A stretch of 64,000 bases of DNA from an uncultured Flavobacteriaceae bacterium. GTDB taxonomy: Bacteria; Bacteroidota; Bacteroidia; Flavobacteriales; Flavobacteriaceae. The position numbers were made by a program, and so were the translations under genes. The stretch is from assembly GCA_964478845.1 (NCBI GenBank), contig CAYZJT010000012.1, forward strand, positions 8,173 through 72,172, written 5' to 3'. Below are positions 47,102 to 57,628 of the stretch, one piece after another. The number at the start of each line of letters is the position of its first letter. Positions within the stretch are counted from its first letter, which is position 1. Under the pieces are notes generated by a model that saw nothing but the letters and a program-made list of their open reading frames with translations, was not told where the DNA came from and ran no database searches.

Positions 47102-48160
47102 ATGAGTTATCCCAAACGACTTGTTATCGCGCGTTTCAGCGCCATGGGAGACGTGGCTCTCATGGTTCCCGTCATTCTCGCGCTCAGGAAAAAGTATCCT
47201 GATGTGGAAGTTTTTACGCTTTCGCGAAAGCGTAACAATGAAATCCTCAAGCAAATCGATGGCGTACGTGTTCTCGAGGCACAACTGGAAACAAATCATC
47301 GCGGCGTCGCCGGAATGTACAGACTGGCAAAAAAACTGAAAGATCTTGAAATCGACGCCCTCGCCGATATGCACAATGTGATCCGTACCAAAATGCTGCG
47401 CACATTTCTGGGCGGCGTCAAAAAGGCGGTGATTGATAAAGGTCGAAAAGAAAAGAAAAAACTGGTCTCTGACAAGGACTTTTTTCGGCCTTTAAAACAT
47501 ACAACTGAACGTTATCTTGAGGTGCTAAGAAATTTAGGCTATGATCTAAAACTGGATGGCGACGAGCAGTTGCCCGAGCTTCCCATGCCTCTGGAACTGG
47601 CGTCAAGATTGCATTTGGACGGTTTTCAATTAGTGGGGCTAGCACCATTTGCCGCGCACAAGACAAAGGCATTCTCAGTAAAAAAAGCCAGACGACTGGT
47701 AGAGGCCCTCAGCGCTGACAAAAACATAACGGTAGTCCTGATAGGAGGCGGAAAGAAAGAATGTAAAAAACTACAGGTAGTTGCTGGAACGACAGCTCAT
47801 GTGGTCAATCTTGCTGGAACGACCACTTTTAATAATGAGCTGGCTGTAATATCAAATCTGGATCTCATGATTGCGATGGACAGCGGTAATGGACACATTG
47901 CAGCAGCTTATGGCGTTCCTGTCATCACGGTTTGGGGGAATACACATCCCTACGCTGGGTTTGCACCATTTGGTCAACCCGAAGAAAACCAGCTAATTGC
48001 CAGCAGGGATAAATATCCATTGATACCTACTTCCATTTACGGTAACAAAAAGGTCAAAGGCTACCAAAAAGTGACCTGCAGCGTAAAAGTCAAGGATATC
48101 TTCAATAGAGTAAACGAGATTCTTTATAATCAACCATCAGCTGAGATTAAGCATGAATAG
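47102..48160 (+). CDS. GT9 (heptosyltransferase-like) glycosyltransferase
   Basis: RFSAMGDV, DMHNVIR, MDSGNGHIAA and WGNTHP. Confidence 0.88.
   Translation: MSYPKRLVIARFSAMGDVALMVPVILALRKKYPDVEVFTLSRKRNNEILKQIDGVRVLEAQLETNHRGVAGMYRLAKKLKDLEIDALADMHNVIRTKMLRTFLGGVKKAVIDKGRKEKKKLVSDKDFFRPLKHTTERYLEVLRNLGYDLKLDGDEQLPELPMPLELASRLHLDGFQLVGLAPFAAHKTKAFSVKKARRLVEALSADKNITVVLIGGGKKECKKLQVVAGTTAHVVNLAGTTTFNNELAVISNLDLMIAMDSGNGHIAAAYGVPVITVWGNTHPYAGFAPFGQPEENQLIASRDKYPLIPTSIYGNKKVKGYQKVTCSVKVKDIFNRVNEILYNQPSAEIKHE
47214..47235. repeat. Full 22-bp palindrome inside GT9 (TLSRKRN frame)
   Basis: TTACGCTTTCGCGAAAGCGTAA. Confidence 0.95.
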
Positions 48161-49270
48161 ATCTGCGGCGATACCGTCACTTAGGAATTTTCCTTTTCGT
48201 GTCACGAACAAATGATCATCATCTAGATAAAGTAAATGGTCATTTAAATATTCTTCTGCTTGTTTGAGTAGGTACTCGCGGTAGTTTTGGCCGTACTCGT
48301 TCTCAATTTTTTCTAGTGAGACACCGTAAATCGTACGCAGGCCTGTCATGATGTACTCGTTGTAGCGATCGGTTGTTGTGAGTTCCTCTACTTCCATGGG
48401 CAGTTTCCCTACTTCGATGCTTTTCATGTATTTCGCATTGTTGTTGATGTTCCACCCACGGCGGTGTCCATCGAAACTGTGTGCGCTGGGCCCTATACCG
48501 ATGTATGGTTTGCCTGTCCAGTAGGCGGTATTATTTTTTGAAAAGTAACCCTGTTTGCCGAAATTCGAAAACTCGTAATTCTCATAGCCGTGCAATTGCA
48601 TGACGTTCAGTAAGATCTTGAAATGCTCATGTGCAGCCTCATCATCCACCTGCGGAATCAGTCCTTTCTCAATAAATGACTTTAGCGGTGTTTTATCCTC
48701 GACGGTAAGCGCGTAACTGGAAATATGCGGTACGCCGAGGTCTATCGCGGTGTAGAGATTCTCACGCCAGCGCTCATTATCCATGTCTGGAATGCCATAG
48801 ATCAGGTCGATGGATAGGTTGTCAAATTTCTGTTTGGCAAGTTTGATACAATTTACGGCTTCATCAGCATTGTGTGCTCGATTCATGAGTTTGAGATCCT
48901 GCTCAAAAAAACTCTGGATGCCTATGGAAAGTCGATTGATTTTTGAATCGGCTAATTCTTCTATTTTCTCTGGTGTCAGATCATCTGGATTTGCTTCGAG
49001 GGTGATCTCGGCATCTGGTATGACGTCGTAGTGTTCGTCGATTGTGTCCAGAATCCGATTGATTTCGTCAAGGCTCAGAATACTCGGCGTCCCTCCACCG
49101 AAGTAGATGGTATGAACTTGTTTTAAAGCATATTCGCTTTCGCGAAAGCGTAATTCCTCACATATTGCCTCAACCATTCTATCTCGATACTTCAAAGAAG
49201 TAGAGAAGTGGAAATCACAATAATGACAGGCCTGTTTGCAAAATGGGATATGGATATAGATGCCGCTCAA
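48137..49270 (-). CDS. hemW: Radical SAM heme chaperone HemW
   Basis: YIHIPFCKQACHYCDF, YFGGGTPS and EITLEANP. Confidence 0.93.
   Translation of the reverse strand: MSGIYIHIPFCKQACHYCDFHFSTSLKYRDRMVEAICEELRFRESEYALKQVHTIYFGGGTPSILSLDEINRILDTIDEHYDVIPDAEITLEANPDDLTPEKIEELADSKINRLSIGIQSFFEQDLKLMNRAHNADEAVNCIKLAKQKFDNLSIDLIYGIPDMDNERWRENLYTAIDLGVPHISSYALTVEDKTPLKSFIEKGLIPQVDDEAAHEHFKILLNVMQLHGYENYEFSNFGKQGYFSKNNTAYWTGKPYIGIGPSAHSFDGHRRGWNINNNAKYMKSIEVGKLPMEVEELTTTDRYNEYIMTGLRTIYGVSLEKIENEYGQNYREYLLKQAEEYLNDHLLYLDDDHLFVTRKGKFLSDGIAADLFMLNLS
49136..49149. repeat. Palindrome copy inside hemW (FRES frame)
   Basis: Exact 14-mer. Confidence 0.95.
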
Positions 49271-49443
49271 AAGTGATCTTTGGACAAAGGTAAGACGGTG
49301 TTAACGGCTCCACTTTACGTTAAAAAAGTGATAGAGAGATTTCTGATGCAATAAATTAAAGAGCAAGCTGTTAAAGTTTTAGGCGATGTCAGTATTTAAA
49401 GTAATTTTGGGAGGACTGGCATAGAGTATGCTGTTAAAGAAAT

Positions 49444-50421
49444 ATGAAAAAGGAACTATTGAATTATCGCATTTGGCCATTAGTGATTGGTCTTTTTTTC
49501 TGTACAATCTCAAACGCAAAGGACAAGCTTAACGCCGATGACGAAGTGTTCTCTCCGGAAGTAACCATGTATCAAGATACAGGCTTGCAGCTAGCTCTTC
49601 AAGATCAGATCATGGCTAACCCGCTATGGAGAAGCCTAAGCAAACAAAAACGCCTTTCTATCAGTCTAGTAGATTTGGGCAGCGACATTGATCCTTCACA
49701 GGTGCACTATGCCAGCATTAATGGCGACCACATGATGTATGCTGCCAGTATGCCTAAAATTGCGGTGCTTTACGCCGCTTTTGATGCAATTGACTCAGGT
49801 GATTTAAAATTAACACCCACTATCCAGAAGGACATGTGGTTGATGATAAGCAAGTCTAACAACGCTGCATCCACTAGAATGATTGATCGCGTAGGTTTCC
49901 AGCGTATTGAAGATTTAATGTGCAATCCAGAAAATCCATTCTATGATAAAAATGGTGTAGGCGGGTTGTGGTGTGGAAAGCGTTACGCCGCTCAAGGAAA
50001 GCGTAATCCAGAGCCCTTAAGAGGTTTGAGTCACGCAGCAACTACTCAATCTGTGGCTAAAATGTATTATCAACTTGCTACTGGGCAGTTGATCAATAAA
50101 AAGCGTAGCAATCAGATGTTGAAGTATCTTCATAATCCTGGATTGCATCACAAATTTGTGAATACCCTAGAACAGATAGCCCCAGATGCAGACTTGTATC
50201 GCAAGAGTGGAAGTTGGAAGAATTGGCATTGCGACAGTGTTCTTGTTAAAGATGAGGCTAGAGGCAAAAATTATATTCTAGTTGCCATGGTAGATAGTCC
50301 AGATGGCGAGAAGATTATAAGAAGTTTAGTACGTCCTGCAGAGCTCGCGCTTGAACGAAGTACTATTTTCACACCGGGACTTGAACCGGAAAATGAAACA
50401 GTTATCACAGCAGGTTCGTAG
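49444..50421 (+). CDS. Class A beta-lactamase-like serine hydrolase, secreted
   Basis: Signal peptide; SxxK (SMPK), SNN and KSG motifs. Confidence 0.8.
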   Translation: MKKELLNYRIWPLVIGLFFCTISNAKDKLNADDEVFSPEVTMYQDTGLQLALQDQIMANPLWRSLSKQKRLSISLVDLGSDIDPSQVHYASINGDHMMYAASMPKIAVLYAAFDAIDSGDLKLTPTIQKDMWLMISKSNNAASTRMIDRVGFQRIEDLMCNPENPFYDKNGVGGLWCGKRYAAQGKRNPEPLRGLSHAATTQSVAKMYYQLATGQLINKKRSNQMLKYLHNPGLHHKFVNTLEQIAPDADLYRKSGSWKNWHCDSVLVKDEARGKNYILVAMVDSPDGEKIIRSLVRPAELALERSTIFTPGLEPENETVITAGS

Positions 50422-53209
50422 GTTTTTTGACATACGGGAGGGTGAGCTATCCATAAGCTTGTGGATGCTGCTTTACTTGTTTTTAATTATTTGCGCGTTA
50501 CTGATAGTTAAGCCTACAGTTAACGCGCTTTTTTTATCAGAACAAGGCGCAGACTCCTTAGCCCTCGCATTCATCATCACGGCAATCGTTGCGGTGGTGG
50601 TTTCCTACTTGTATAACAAATCTCTTGAAAAATACCCACTGAGACGCACAATCAGGGGGACACTCACGCTTTTCAGCGTAGGTTTCTTTGTGATGGGGAT
50701 TTGTGTTACTACCGGCTTTGTACCTGCTTTTCTGGCGTATATCTTTTATATAGGCGTAGGAATGTTTGCTTTGCTGGCCACTTCACAGTTTTGGGTGATG
50801 GCAAATGTTGTGTATAATGTCAGGGAAGCCAAAAGGCTATTTGGGTTTATAGGCGCTGGTGGGATCATAGGTGGAATCGCTGGCGGTTATCTGACTTCTC
50901 TGACGGCACAGTATCTAGGCAACGGCGTGCTGATCATGATCGCAGCTGTAATGATAGCAGGATGCGGCGCAGTGTTCCAGAAAATCTGGAAGGATCGTGT
51001 GTCCAATCTCACTCAGTATAAACGCAAAGAGCGAGCGGGTGTTTCTTCCGAAAGCTCCATGAAATTGATCTGGGATTCGAAACACTTAACCTACCTAGCT
51101 GCACTTATAGGTTTGGGTGTTTTGGTTGCAAAGCTGGTGGACTATCAATTCAGCCTTGTTGCGCATAGGGAAATTCCAGATCCCCAGGAGCTGGCGTCTT
51201 TTTTTGGTTTTTGGTTCAGCACGTTTAATATAGTCTCACTACTCATCCAGTTATTTGTCACCCGACGGATTCTGGAGCGCACAGATGTAGGTGTAGGGCT
51301 CGTACTTTTACCAGTAGGTTTATTTTGCTGCTGTTTCCTGCTGTTGATATTCCCAGAGCTTTGGCTAGTTGTTCTTTTAAAAGGTTTGGATGGGAGCCTT
51401 AAACAATCTTTGCATAAGAGTAGTGTGGAATTACTGTCTCTACCCATACCCAGTACCGTAAAAAACAAGACCAAAACGTTCATTGATGTAGTCGTGGATA
51501 GCGTGGCTACTGGTATAGCTGGGTTTTTTATTGTTTTTATTGTAAAGGGGCTTGATCTGCCCATGACGGCGATAACTGCTCTAACTATTCTACTGTTAGC
51601 GCTTTGGGTTTTTATGGTTTTCAAAGTCAGGGAAACTTACCTGGGAACCTTTAGGGACAGCATTGCAAGTACTGAACACCTTAAACTCTCTAAAGCCTCT
51701 GCAAAACAGATACGCAAAAACATGCGTGTGATTTTTGAAACTGGTTCTGCAAAAGATATTCTTCAAGTGCTTGAACGCCTGCCAGAGGTAGCTCATTCAT
51801 CGCTAGGAAAAAATATTATTGAACTTTTGAACCATCCGGATAATAAGGTGAAAGCGGCCGCTGTGCGTAGTCTGGATCTGGTTACAAAAACTACCCAGCC
51901 ACAAGTTCAAGACCTGATCTATGAGCGGGATGATGATCTCATCGTCGCAGTAATGGAATATCTGATTGCTAGAGAGGCCACAACCTATCAGTTTTTTGAG
52001 CACTATCTGGACGATGAGGATGAGTTCATCTCTACGGCGGCTCTTCTAGCGCTGGCCAAGGACGCCAGAGATAATCCGAAACTTGCCTCAAAATATAACC
52101 TAGGCCTTAGGGTTAACCTGTTCATCCATGAAATAGAAAGCAGCGATAACGACCTTAAAATACCTGAAATAGCACACCTCATCAGGGCATTGGGTTATGT
52201 CACTCGAACCAAATATCACGAGATCATCGGCAGGTACCTCAAACATCCCAATCCCATTCTTAAAACCGCTGCTATCGAAGCTGCGGGTGAGATGGCGCAC
52301 GAAAAATTCCTTCCGCATCTTGTCGCTTGTCTTGAGGAATTTCGCTTTCGCGAAAGCGCAATTAAAGCAATCATCAAATACGGTAACAGCATCATACCGC
52401 TTATAGAAAAGGGAAAGGGTAGCACCACCGAGAATCATGTCCTGCAAATCTATGTGCCAGAAATATTGGCCGGTTTACGTACGCAACGCTCATATCGAGC
52501 GCTACTGAGGGTTGCTCAAAATGGCGGTGCCAGACAACGTACAAAAGCTACCGAGTTACTTTATGACTGGAGAAAGTCGGGCGATGCGTACCCAGTAAGG
52601 ATGAAGAGCCTGAGGCGCAGTATAGAAAATGAGATTTCCACTTACAAGAATTTGCTTTCCTGCTATTATTCACTCAGGATCATACAGCGTTCTGCCAGTA
52701 GGCCTGATAGTAATGTTGTTTCTCTCCCAGAGAAAGAGGCTAGACAACATCTAATCAATCAACTCCATTCATCTATGGAAATGGCTCTCAAAAGGACCTT
52801 TAATCTTCTGGCACTTTATTATGATCCCAACGATGTTTTTATAGCCTACAAAGGTTTAAAGAGCGATGTCCAAGACAGCAAGCTGAATGCGATAGAATAC
52901 ATGGATGGCCTAATCGCCAGAAACCTTAAAACTATTCTTTTCCCTATTCTCGAAAACGGATTTATCCACCCAGAAGAAGTCAAAGATTACCACGCCCACG
53001 TGGATCTGAAAAAGCAGGATGATTGCTACGACTTCCTTACTGACATACCTGATAGAGATGTTCATCTTAGGCTGATCGCATTACTCAAATTAGATCAAGA
53101 ACAGCAAAGTATGCAGCACCTTATTCATTTCAGCGAGGATGTTTCTCAAGAGATTTCTGATGCTGCTAATGAGGCTATACTTTATCGCAACAAGCAGGCT
53201 ACTGCGTGA
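50393..53209 (+). CDS. NTT/TLC-family (ATP:ADP antiporter-like) transporter fused to HEAT repeats (start probably 50393)
   Basis: N-terminal 12-TM domain (SQFW..AN..YN.REAKRLFG, KTKTFID), then HEAT-like helical repeats. Confidence 0.85.
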   Translation: MKQLSQQVRRFFDIREGELSISLWMLLYLFLIICALLIVKPTVNALFLSEQGADSLALAFIITAIVAVVVSYLYNKSLEKYPLRRTIRGTLTLFSVGFFVMGICVTTGFVPAFLAYIFYIGVGMFALLATSQFWVMANVVYNVREAKRLFGFIGAGGIIGGIAGGYLTSLTAQYLGNGVLIMIAAVMIAGCGAVFQKIWKDRVSNLTQYKRKERAGVSSESSMKLIWDSKHLTYLAALIGLGVLVAKLVDYQFSLVAHREIPDPQELASFFGFWFSTFNIVSLLIQLFVTRRILERTDVGVGLVLLPVGLFCCCFLLLIFPELWLVVLLKGLDGSLKQSLHKSSVELLSLPIPSTVKNKTKTFIDVVVDSVATGIAGFFIVFIVKGLDLPMTAITALTILLLALWVFMVFKVRETYLGTFRDSIASTEHLKLSKASAKQIRKNMRVIFETGSAKDILQVLERLPEVAHSSLGKNIIELLNHPDNKVKAAAVRSLDLVTKTTQPQVQDLIYERDDDLIVAVMEYLIAREATTYQFFEHYLDDEDEFISTAALLALAKDARDNPKLASKYNLGLRVNLFIHEIESSDNDLKIPEIAHLIRALGYVTRTKYHEIIGRYLKHPNPILKTAAIEAAGEMAHEKFLPHLVACLEEFRFRESAIKAIIKYGNSIIPLIEKGKGSTTENHVLQIYVPEILAGLRTQRSYRALLRVAQNGGARQRTKATELLYDWRKSGDAYPVRMKSLRRSIENEISTYKNLLSCYYSLRIIQRSASRPDSNVVSLPEKEARQHLINQLHSSMEMALKRTFNLLALYYDPNDVFIAYKGLKSDVQDSKLNAIEYMDGLIARNLKTILFPILENGFIHPEEVKDYHAHVDLKKQDDCYDFLTDIPDRDVHLRLIALLKLDQEQQSMQHLIHFSEDVSQEISDAANEAILYRNKQATA
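52344..52357. repeat. Palindrome copy inside the NTT-HEAT gene (FRES frame)
   Basis: Exact 14-mer. Confidence 0.95.
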
Positions 53210-53280
53210 TTTCAATTTTGTGCTGGAATTACCATGTGCCAATTCTTTTTCTATCTAGTTTTATAGAAAATTCGCACGCA

Positions 53281-53805
53281 ATGGACTGGATATACGCACC
53301 TGATGATCCGCTTTGGGAAACCTTAGTTGGGTCCCTACTTGTTTTCATCATTATTATTCTGTTGACACGCATCATCGGATTACGCTCATTTGCAAAGTTC
53401 ACGGCATATGACTTTGCCTTTACCGTAGCAATAGGTAGCATCATATCATCTACCCTGACGTCAAGTACAAGCATTGCGCAAGGTGGAGTAGCCATCGCTG
53501 GACTATTAGGAGTGACATGGGTTTTCTCCTTTTTGCAGCGTAGGTCAAAAGCCTTGAGTAAAACCATTTCAAACGCACCATTGATGTTAATGGAAGGTTC
53601 TGAAATTCTTGAAGATAATCTTTCCAGCGCTCGGGTGGAAAAAAGCCAACTTATAGCAAAACTGCGCGAGGCTAACGTGTTGAATATGGATCAAGTAGCC
53701 GCCGTAGTGCTAGAATCAACCGGTGATATAAGTGTGCTGCACAAGACCGGTGATGATATTGACCTGCAGGAAGAAATTCTAGAAGGGGTAAGGAGAGAGG
53801 TTTAA
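53281..53805 (+). CDS. DUF421 (YetF-like) membrane protein (start probably 53281)
   Basis: GLRSFAKFTAYDFAFTVAIGS and VLESTGDISV. Confidence 0.85.
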   Translation: MDWIYAPDDPLWETLVGSLLVFIIIILLTRIIGLRSFAKFTAYDFAFTVAIGSIISSTLTSSTSIAQGGVAIAGLLGVTWVFSFLQRRSKALSKTISNAPLMLMEGSEILEDNLSSARVEKSQLIAKLREANVLNMDQVAAVVLESTGDISVLHKTGDDIDLQEEILEGVRREV

Positions 53806-54398
53806 AGCTTATCAAAAATGTTCTGGACGGTCTCAAAATCGCGGCGGCGGTAATTCTGATTATCACGATCATTGATGTAATTGATCAAGTCTTTTTCTGA
53901 GCTCCCGGTCCAGAAACTCCATAAGTCTTTTACTTCATTTTCTGTTTCAATAAAAACACGACCACGTAAATTATCCGTAAATGGGCGATAGCCTGAATCA
54001 TAAACTTTGAACGATTCATTTTTTTCAAATACTAGGCGGGAGAATAATCGACGCCCGGGTAGCTTTTCAAACTGGGTGTAGCCATTCCGTTCATCGTACA
54101 ACTTGATGATGTCAATTTCATCAGGCTCTAATACAATTTCTTCATCTTCTGTTAGGATAATGTTGATCAGATCATTGCCATCTCTGATGTTTATGGCGAT
54201 TTCACCAGTCACTAGCCATCCATCGGCTAGGATCATCTCGCCTGGATAGAAGTAGATTTCCTGTTCTGTAGATTCCAGAATGGAACCTATCGCACCCGTA
54301 ATGTTTAAAATCAGTCCAGCATCTTGAGACATGACTTTTTGATTGCTCGAGATAGCCATGGTTATGGCTAAACAGAAAACCCAGATTTTATTTCTCAT
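53802..54398 (-). CDS. Secreted hypothetical protein
   Basis: Signal-peptide-like N-terminus, no recognised motif. Confidence 0.55.
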   Translation of the reverse strand: MRNKIWVFCLAITMAISSNQKVMSQDAGLILNITGAIGSILESTEQEIYFYPGEMILADGWLVTGEIAINIRDGNDLINIILTEDEEIVLEPDEIDIIKLYDERNGYTQFEKLPGRRLFSRLVFEKNESFKVYDSGYRPFTDNLRGRVFIETENEVKDLWSFWTGSSEKDLINYINDRDNQNYRRRDFETVQNIFDKL

Positions 54399-54418
54399 GC
54401 CTTAAGTATTATCAAAAT

Positions 54419-55462
54419 TTATACCTCATCAAAATTGACCTTCACCCTAGCTGATTCTGGGTAAGCCTGACAAGCTAAAGAATATCCCTCTGAGATCTCG
54501 CTATCGGTCAAGATGGAATTCTTGGCCATTTTTGCGCTGCCTTCTTCAATCAGGCAGATGCAGGAGCTACAGATCCCGCCCTGACAGCTGTACGGCGCAT
54601 CTATTCCCTCGCGCAGCATCGCATCCAGCATGGGCTCATTGCGCTGCATGGTAAAGCTGTGGGTCTCATCATCCAGCAAGACTTCAATCTGGCTTAGGTG
54701 GCCGTCTTCGGTCACCTCGATTTTGTTATCTGTGGTGGTGAAGAGTTCAAATTTGATGTCTTCAGCTTTTAGGTAATCTTTCTCGATAAGGTTCTCTTTT
54801 GCCATATCGATCATTTCCTTGGGGCCGCATAGGTAAGCTTTCGCGAAAGCGTAATTACCACAGTCCTGCTTTAAAAAGTAATTCAGATTGCTCTTGATCA
54901 CCCTACCGAACAGCGCCTCGTCCCGTTCCTCGCGTGAAAACGTATACCGCAGAACGAAACGGTCCCCGTACTCGTCCTTTAGATCGTTGAGCTGCTCGTA
55001 GTAAATGGTCTGGGCGAGGCTCTGGTTGCCGTAGATGAGCGCAAATTTTGCTTCGGGCTCATTTCTGAGTGCGGTCTTGATAATCGACATAATAGGCGTA
55101 ATACCGCTTCCTGCCGCGATGGCCAGATAAGTGGGATTAGATGGTTCTGCCTCATGGATAAAAAGTCCGTCTGGTGCGGCAACATCGATTTGATCACCAG
55201 CACGCAATTTCATGGCGTGGTTGGAAAAAACACCGTTCTCAACTGCCTTGACTACTACCGTCGGGTCTGGATCGCTGGGTGCGCTGGAAAGCGAGTAGGC
55301 ACGGCGCACCTCTTTACCATCGATTTCGGTTTTAAGCGTGAGGTATTGTCCAGCCTGATATTCAAATTCTGACTTCAGGGAATCAGGAATTTCAAAACTG
55401 ATTTCCAGCGCTGCAGGCGTTACTTTAGTGACTTGTTTTATGTTGAGCGTGTGAAAGGTCAT
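54419..55462 (-). CDS. Ferredoxin-NADP+ reductase / PaaE-like flavin reductase with 2Fe-2S domain
   Basis: RRAYSL, AAGSGITP, YLCGP and CQGGICSSC..C 2Fe-2S motif. Confidence 0.9.
   Translation of the reverse strand: MTFHTLNIKQVTKVTPAALEISFEIPDSLKSEFEYQAGQYLTLKTEIDGKEVRRAYSLSSAPSDPDPTVVVKAVENGVFSNHAMKLRAGDQIDVAAPDGLFIHEAEPSNPTYLAIAAGSGITPIMSIIKTALRNEPEAKFALIYGNQSLAQTIYYEQLNDLKDEYGDRFVLRYTFSREERDEALFGRVIKSNLNYFLKQDCGNYAFAKAYLCGPKEMIDMAKENLIEKDYLKAEDIKFELFTTTDNKIEVTEDGHLSQIEVLLDDETHSFTMQRNEPMLDAMLREGIDAPYSCQGGICSSCICLIEEGSAKMAKNSILTDSEISEGYSLACQAYPESARVKVNFDEV
54837..54850. repeat. Palindrome copy inside the ferredoxin reductase (AFAKA frame)
   Basis: Exact 14-mer. Confidence 0.95.
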
Positions 55463-55553
55463 TTGCTATTGACTTAGTACTTAATGTGAATTTTTAAATA
55501 GGCTTGTAACATATTAAGCATGACGCGCACTAACTAGCCAAACCTTTGTTAAT

Positions 55554-57038
55554 ATGGTCAAACATTTTATCAGCCTGCAATGGAAGAGTTTCCTGAGGGC
55601 ATCTGCTTTTAAGGCAAATCTAGCGATCAAGATTATTCTAGGTTTTGTGGTTCTGTTTTACGGTTCGGGACTGCTGGCGATGGGGAGTATCGCATATTTC
55701 GGTCTTGAAAAGGCAATCGAGGAAGGAATTATTGATGCGGCAAATCCAGTCGCCGCTGTCAATAGCTATCTGATTTATTGGTTTGCGTTTGACTTGATTC
55801 TACGCTACTTCTTCCAGAAAATGCCGGTGGCCAATATCAAGCCGCTGCTTTATCTGCCATTCAAAAAAGGGAAGATCGTCAAGTTTGCGCTGGGCAAAAC
55901 GCTGATTTCAATTTTTAATATTCTGCCCGCGCTATTTTTTATCCCGTTCACGATTACGCTTTTTGCTCAGGGATACGATCCGCTCAATGTGATCGGATGG
56001 CATCTCGCGCTGATGGCCATCACTCTATCGTTCAATTTTTTGAATGTATTCGCAAATAACCTGAACAAGGTATTTTATCCCATCGCGGCTGTCGTGATCG
56101 GGCTGGGGTTTGCGCAATATCAGGGATGGTTTGACATCACGCTCTACACGCAGCCTGTTTTTCAGTTTTTTTACGATCAGGCATGGGGCTTTATTCTGCC
56201 TGCCATTGCTGCTGTGGCACTAGGCTATACGGCGTATCACTATTTTCTCGGCCAACTTTATCTGGACGATGCACTTAGCGTTAAGGTAGAAGAAGCGCAG
56301 ACAGAGGATCTGAGTTTCTTGGATCGATTTGGGAACATCGCTACCTATTTGAAAAACGATATCAAGTTGATCAAGCGTAACAAGCGCGCCAAAATCACTT
56401 TCATCATGGGCTTTGCCTTTGTGCTCTACGGTTTCTTTTTCATCAGCGATATCTACTCGAGCATCAATGGGATGAAAGTATTTGCAGGGTTGTTTGTGAC
56501 AGGTGGCTTTTTGTTCAGTTTTGGTGGGCTGGTGCCCAGCTGGGACAGCAGCTATTACAAATTGATGATGTCGCAGAACATTCCGTATCGTGATTTTCTG
56601 CTTAGCAAATGGTGGTTAATGGTCGCGGCGACGGTGGTGAGTTTTATTCTTAGTACGTTTTACATCTACTTTGGGCTGGACTGGTATCTGGCGATGGTTT
56701 GCGGGGCGATCTATAACATCGGATTCAATTCATCGGTGGTGCTGTGGGGTGGCGCGTATGTGAAGACGCCCATTGATCTGACGAGTACAAAAAAAGCTTT
56801 TGGTGACAGTAAGGCATTCAATGCCAAAACCTTGTTGCTTACGATTCCTAAAATTTTGCTTCCAGTGGGCATCTATTACGCCTTTGCGTTACCTTTTGGT
56901 GAGATGGCCGGGTTTGCCGCAATTGCTCTTACAGGCATGCTGGGCTTGTTATTCCGCAACAAGATTTTTAACATTATTGAAGATGTCTACAAAAACGAGA
57001 AATACGATACGATTGCGGCGTATGCCGAAAAGAATTAA
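55554..57038 (+). CDS. DUF5687 family membrane protein (putative ABC permease)
   Basis: KPLLYLP, LIKRNKR and VPSWDSSYY motifs; upstream of an ABC ATPase. Confidence 0.8.
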   Translation: MVKHFISLQWKSFLRASAFKANLAIKIILGFVVLFYGSGLLAMGSIAYFGLEKAIEEGIIDAANPVAAVNSYLIYWFAFDLILRYFFQKMPVANIKPLLYLPFKKGKIVKFALGKTLISIFNILPALFFIPFTITLFAQGYDPLNVIGWHLALMAITLSFNFLNVFANNLNKVFYPIAAVVIGLGFAQYQGWFDITLYTQPVFQFFYDQAWGFILPAIAAVALGYTAYHYFLGQLYLDDALSVKVEEAQTEDLSFLDRFGNIATYLKNDIKLIKRNKRAKITFIMGFAFVLYGFFFISDIYSSINGMKVFAGLFVTGGFLFSFGGLVPSWDSSYYKLMMSQNIPYRDFLLSKWWLMVAATVVSFILSTFYIYFGLDWYLAMVCGAIYNIGFNSSVVLWGGAYVKTPIDLTSTKKAFGDSKAFNAKTLLLTIPKILLPVGIYYAFALPFGEMAGFAAIALTGMLGLLFRNKIFNIIEDVYKNEKYDTIAAYAEKN

Positions 57039-57142
57039 CTGTTTAAGCGCTTTATTATAGCTCAATACTCTATAAAGTAAAAATCAGAGGTTTGTGATAA
57101 TTAAATGAATGCACACATCCTGAAAGCAACGAAGAGTGAATT

Positions 57143-57610
57143 ATGTGCACTGGGAAGAAAAAAATTATGTTTTGTACTTGCTCAAAAGATCATGCTGATG
57201 AAGTACATGATTTGTATTCTGATGAGATGAAAAAATTGAAGAAAAATGACTTTCTACAGATCATCTCATGGACTCTTTTCCGGAGAATGCATGAAATGGA
57301 AAAATTCATCGATGGAATGATTGTTTTCCCCAAACAAAATCTTACTGATATCTTGACAGAAGATGTAGTGTTAGCCACATTAAATAATCAGGATCCTTTC
57401 GATTTTGAATTCAAGCCACAGAACAATGATGAACTTGTGCTTAGAAGCGGAGAACTATTTAATCGAAGGGGTAAAAAAATTGACCGTCATAGAAATTCAG
57501 AATTCGCATTTTTCGTTTATCAAGATGGAATGTGGAGCTCTAGAACTTCACCTTCTGAATATGATGAAATTAATGTTGTCAGAAAAGGTCTGGTTAAAAT
57601 AAAATTATAA
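57143..57610 (+). CDS. AT-rich hypothetical protein with N-terminal C-x9-CTC
   Basis: ORF of 155 aa with visibly AT-rich codon usage. Confidence 0.5.
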   Translation: MCTGKKKIMFCTCSKDHADEVHDLYSDEMKKLKKNDFLQIISWTLFRRMHEMEKFIDGMIVFPKQNLTDILTEDVVLATLNNQDPFDFEFKPQNNDELVLRSGELFNRRGKKIDRHRNSEFAFFVYQDGMWSSRTSPSEYDEINVVRKGLVKIKL

Positions 57611-57628
57611 ACGGATAAATATTCTAAA

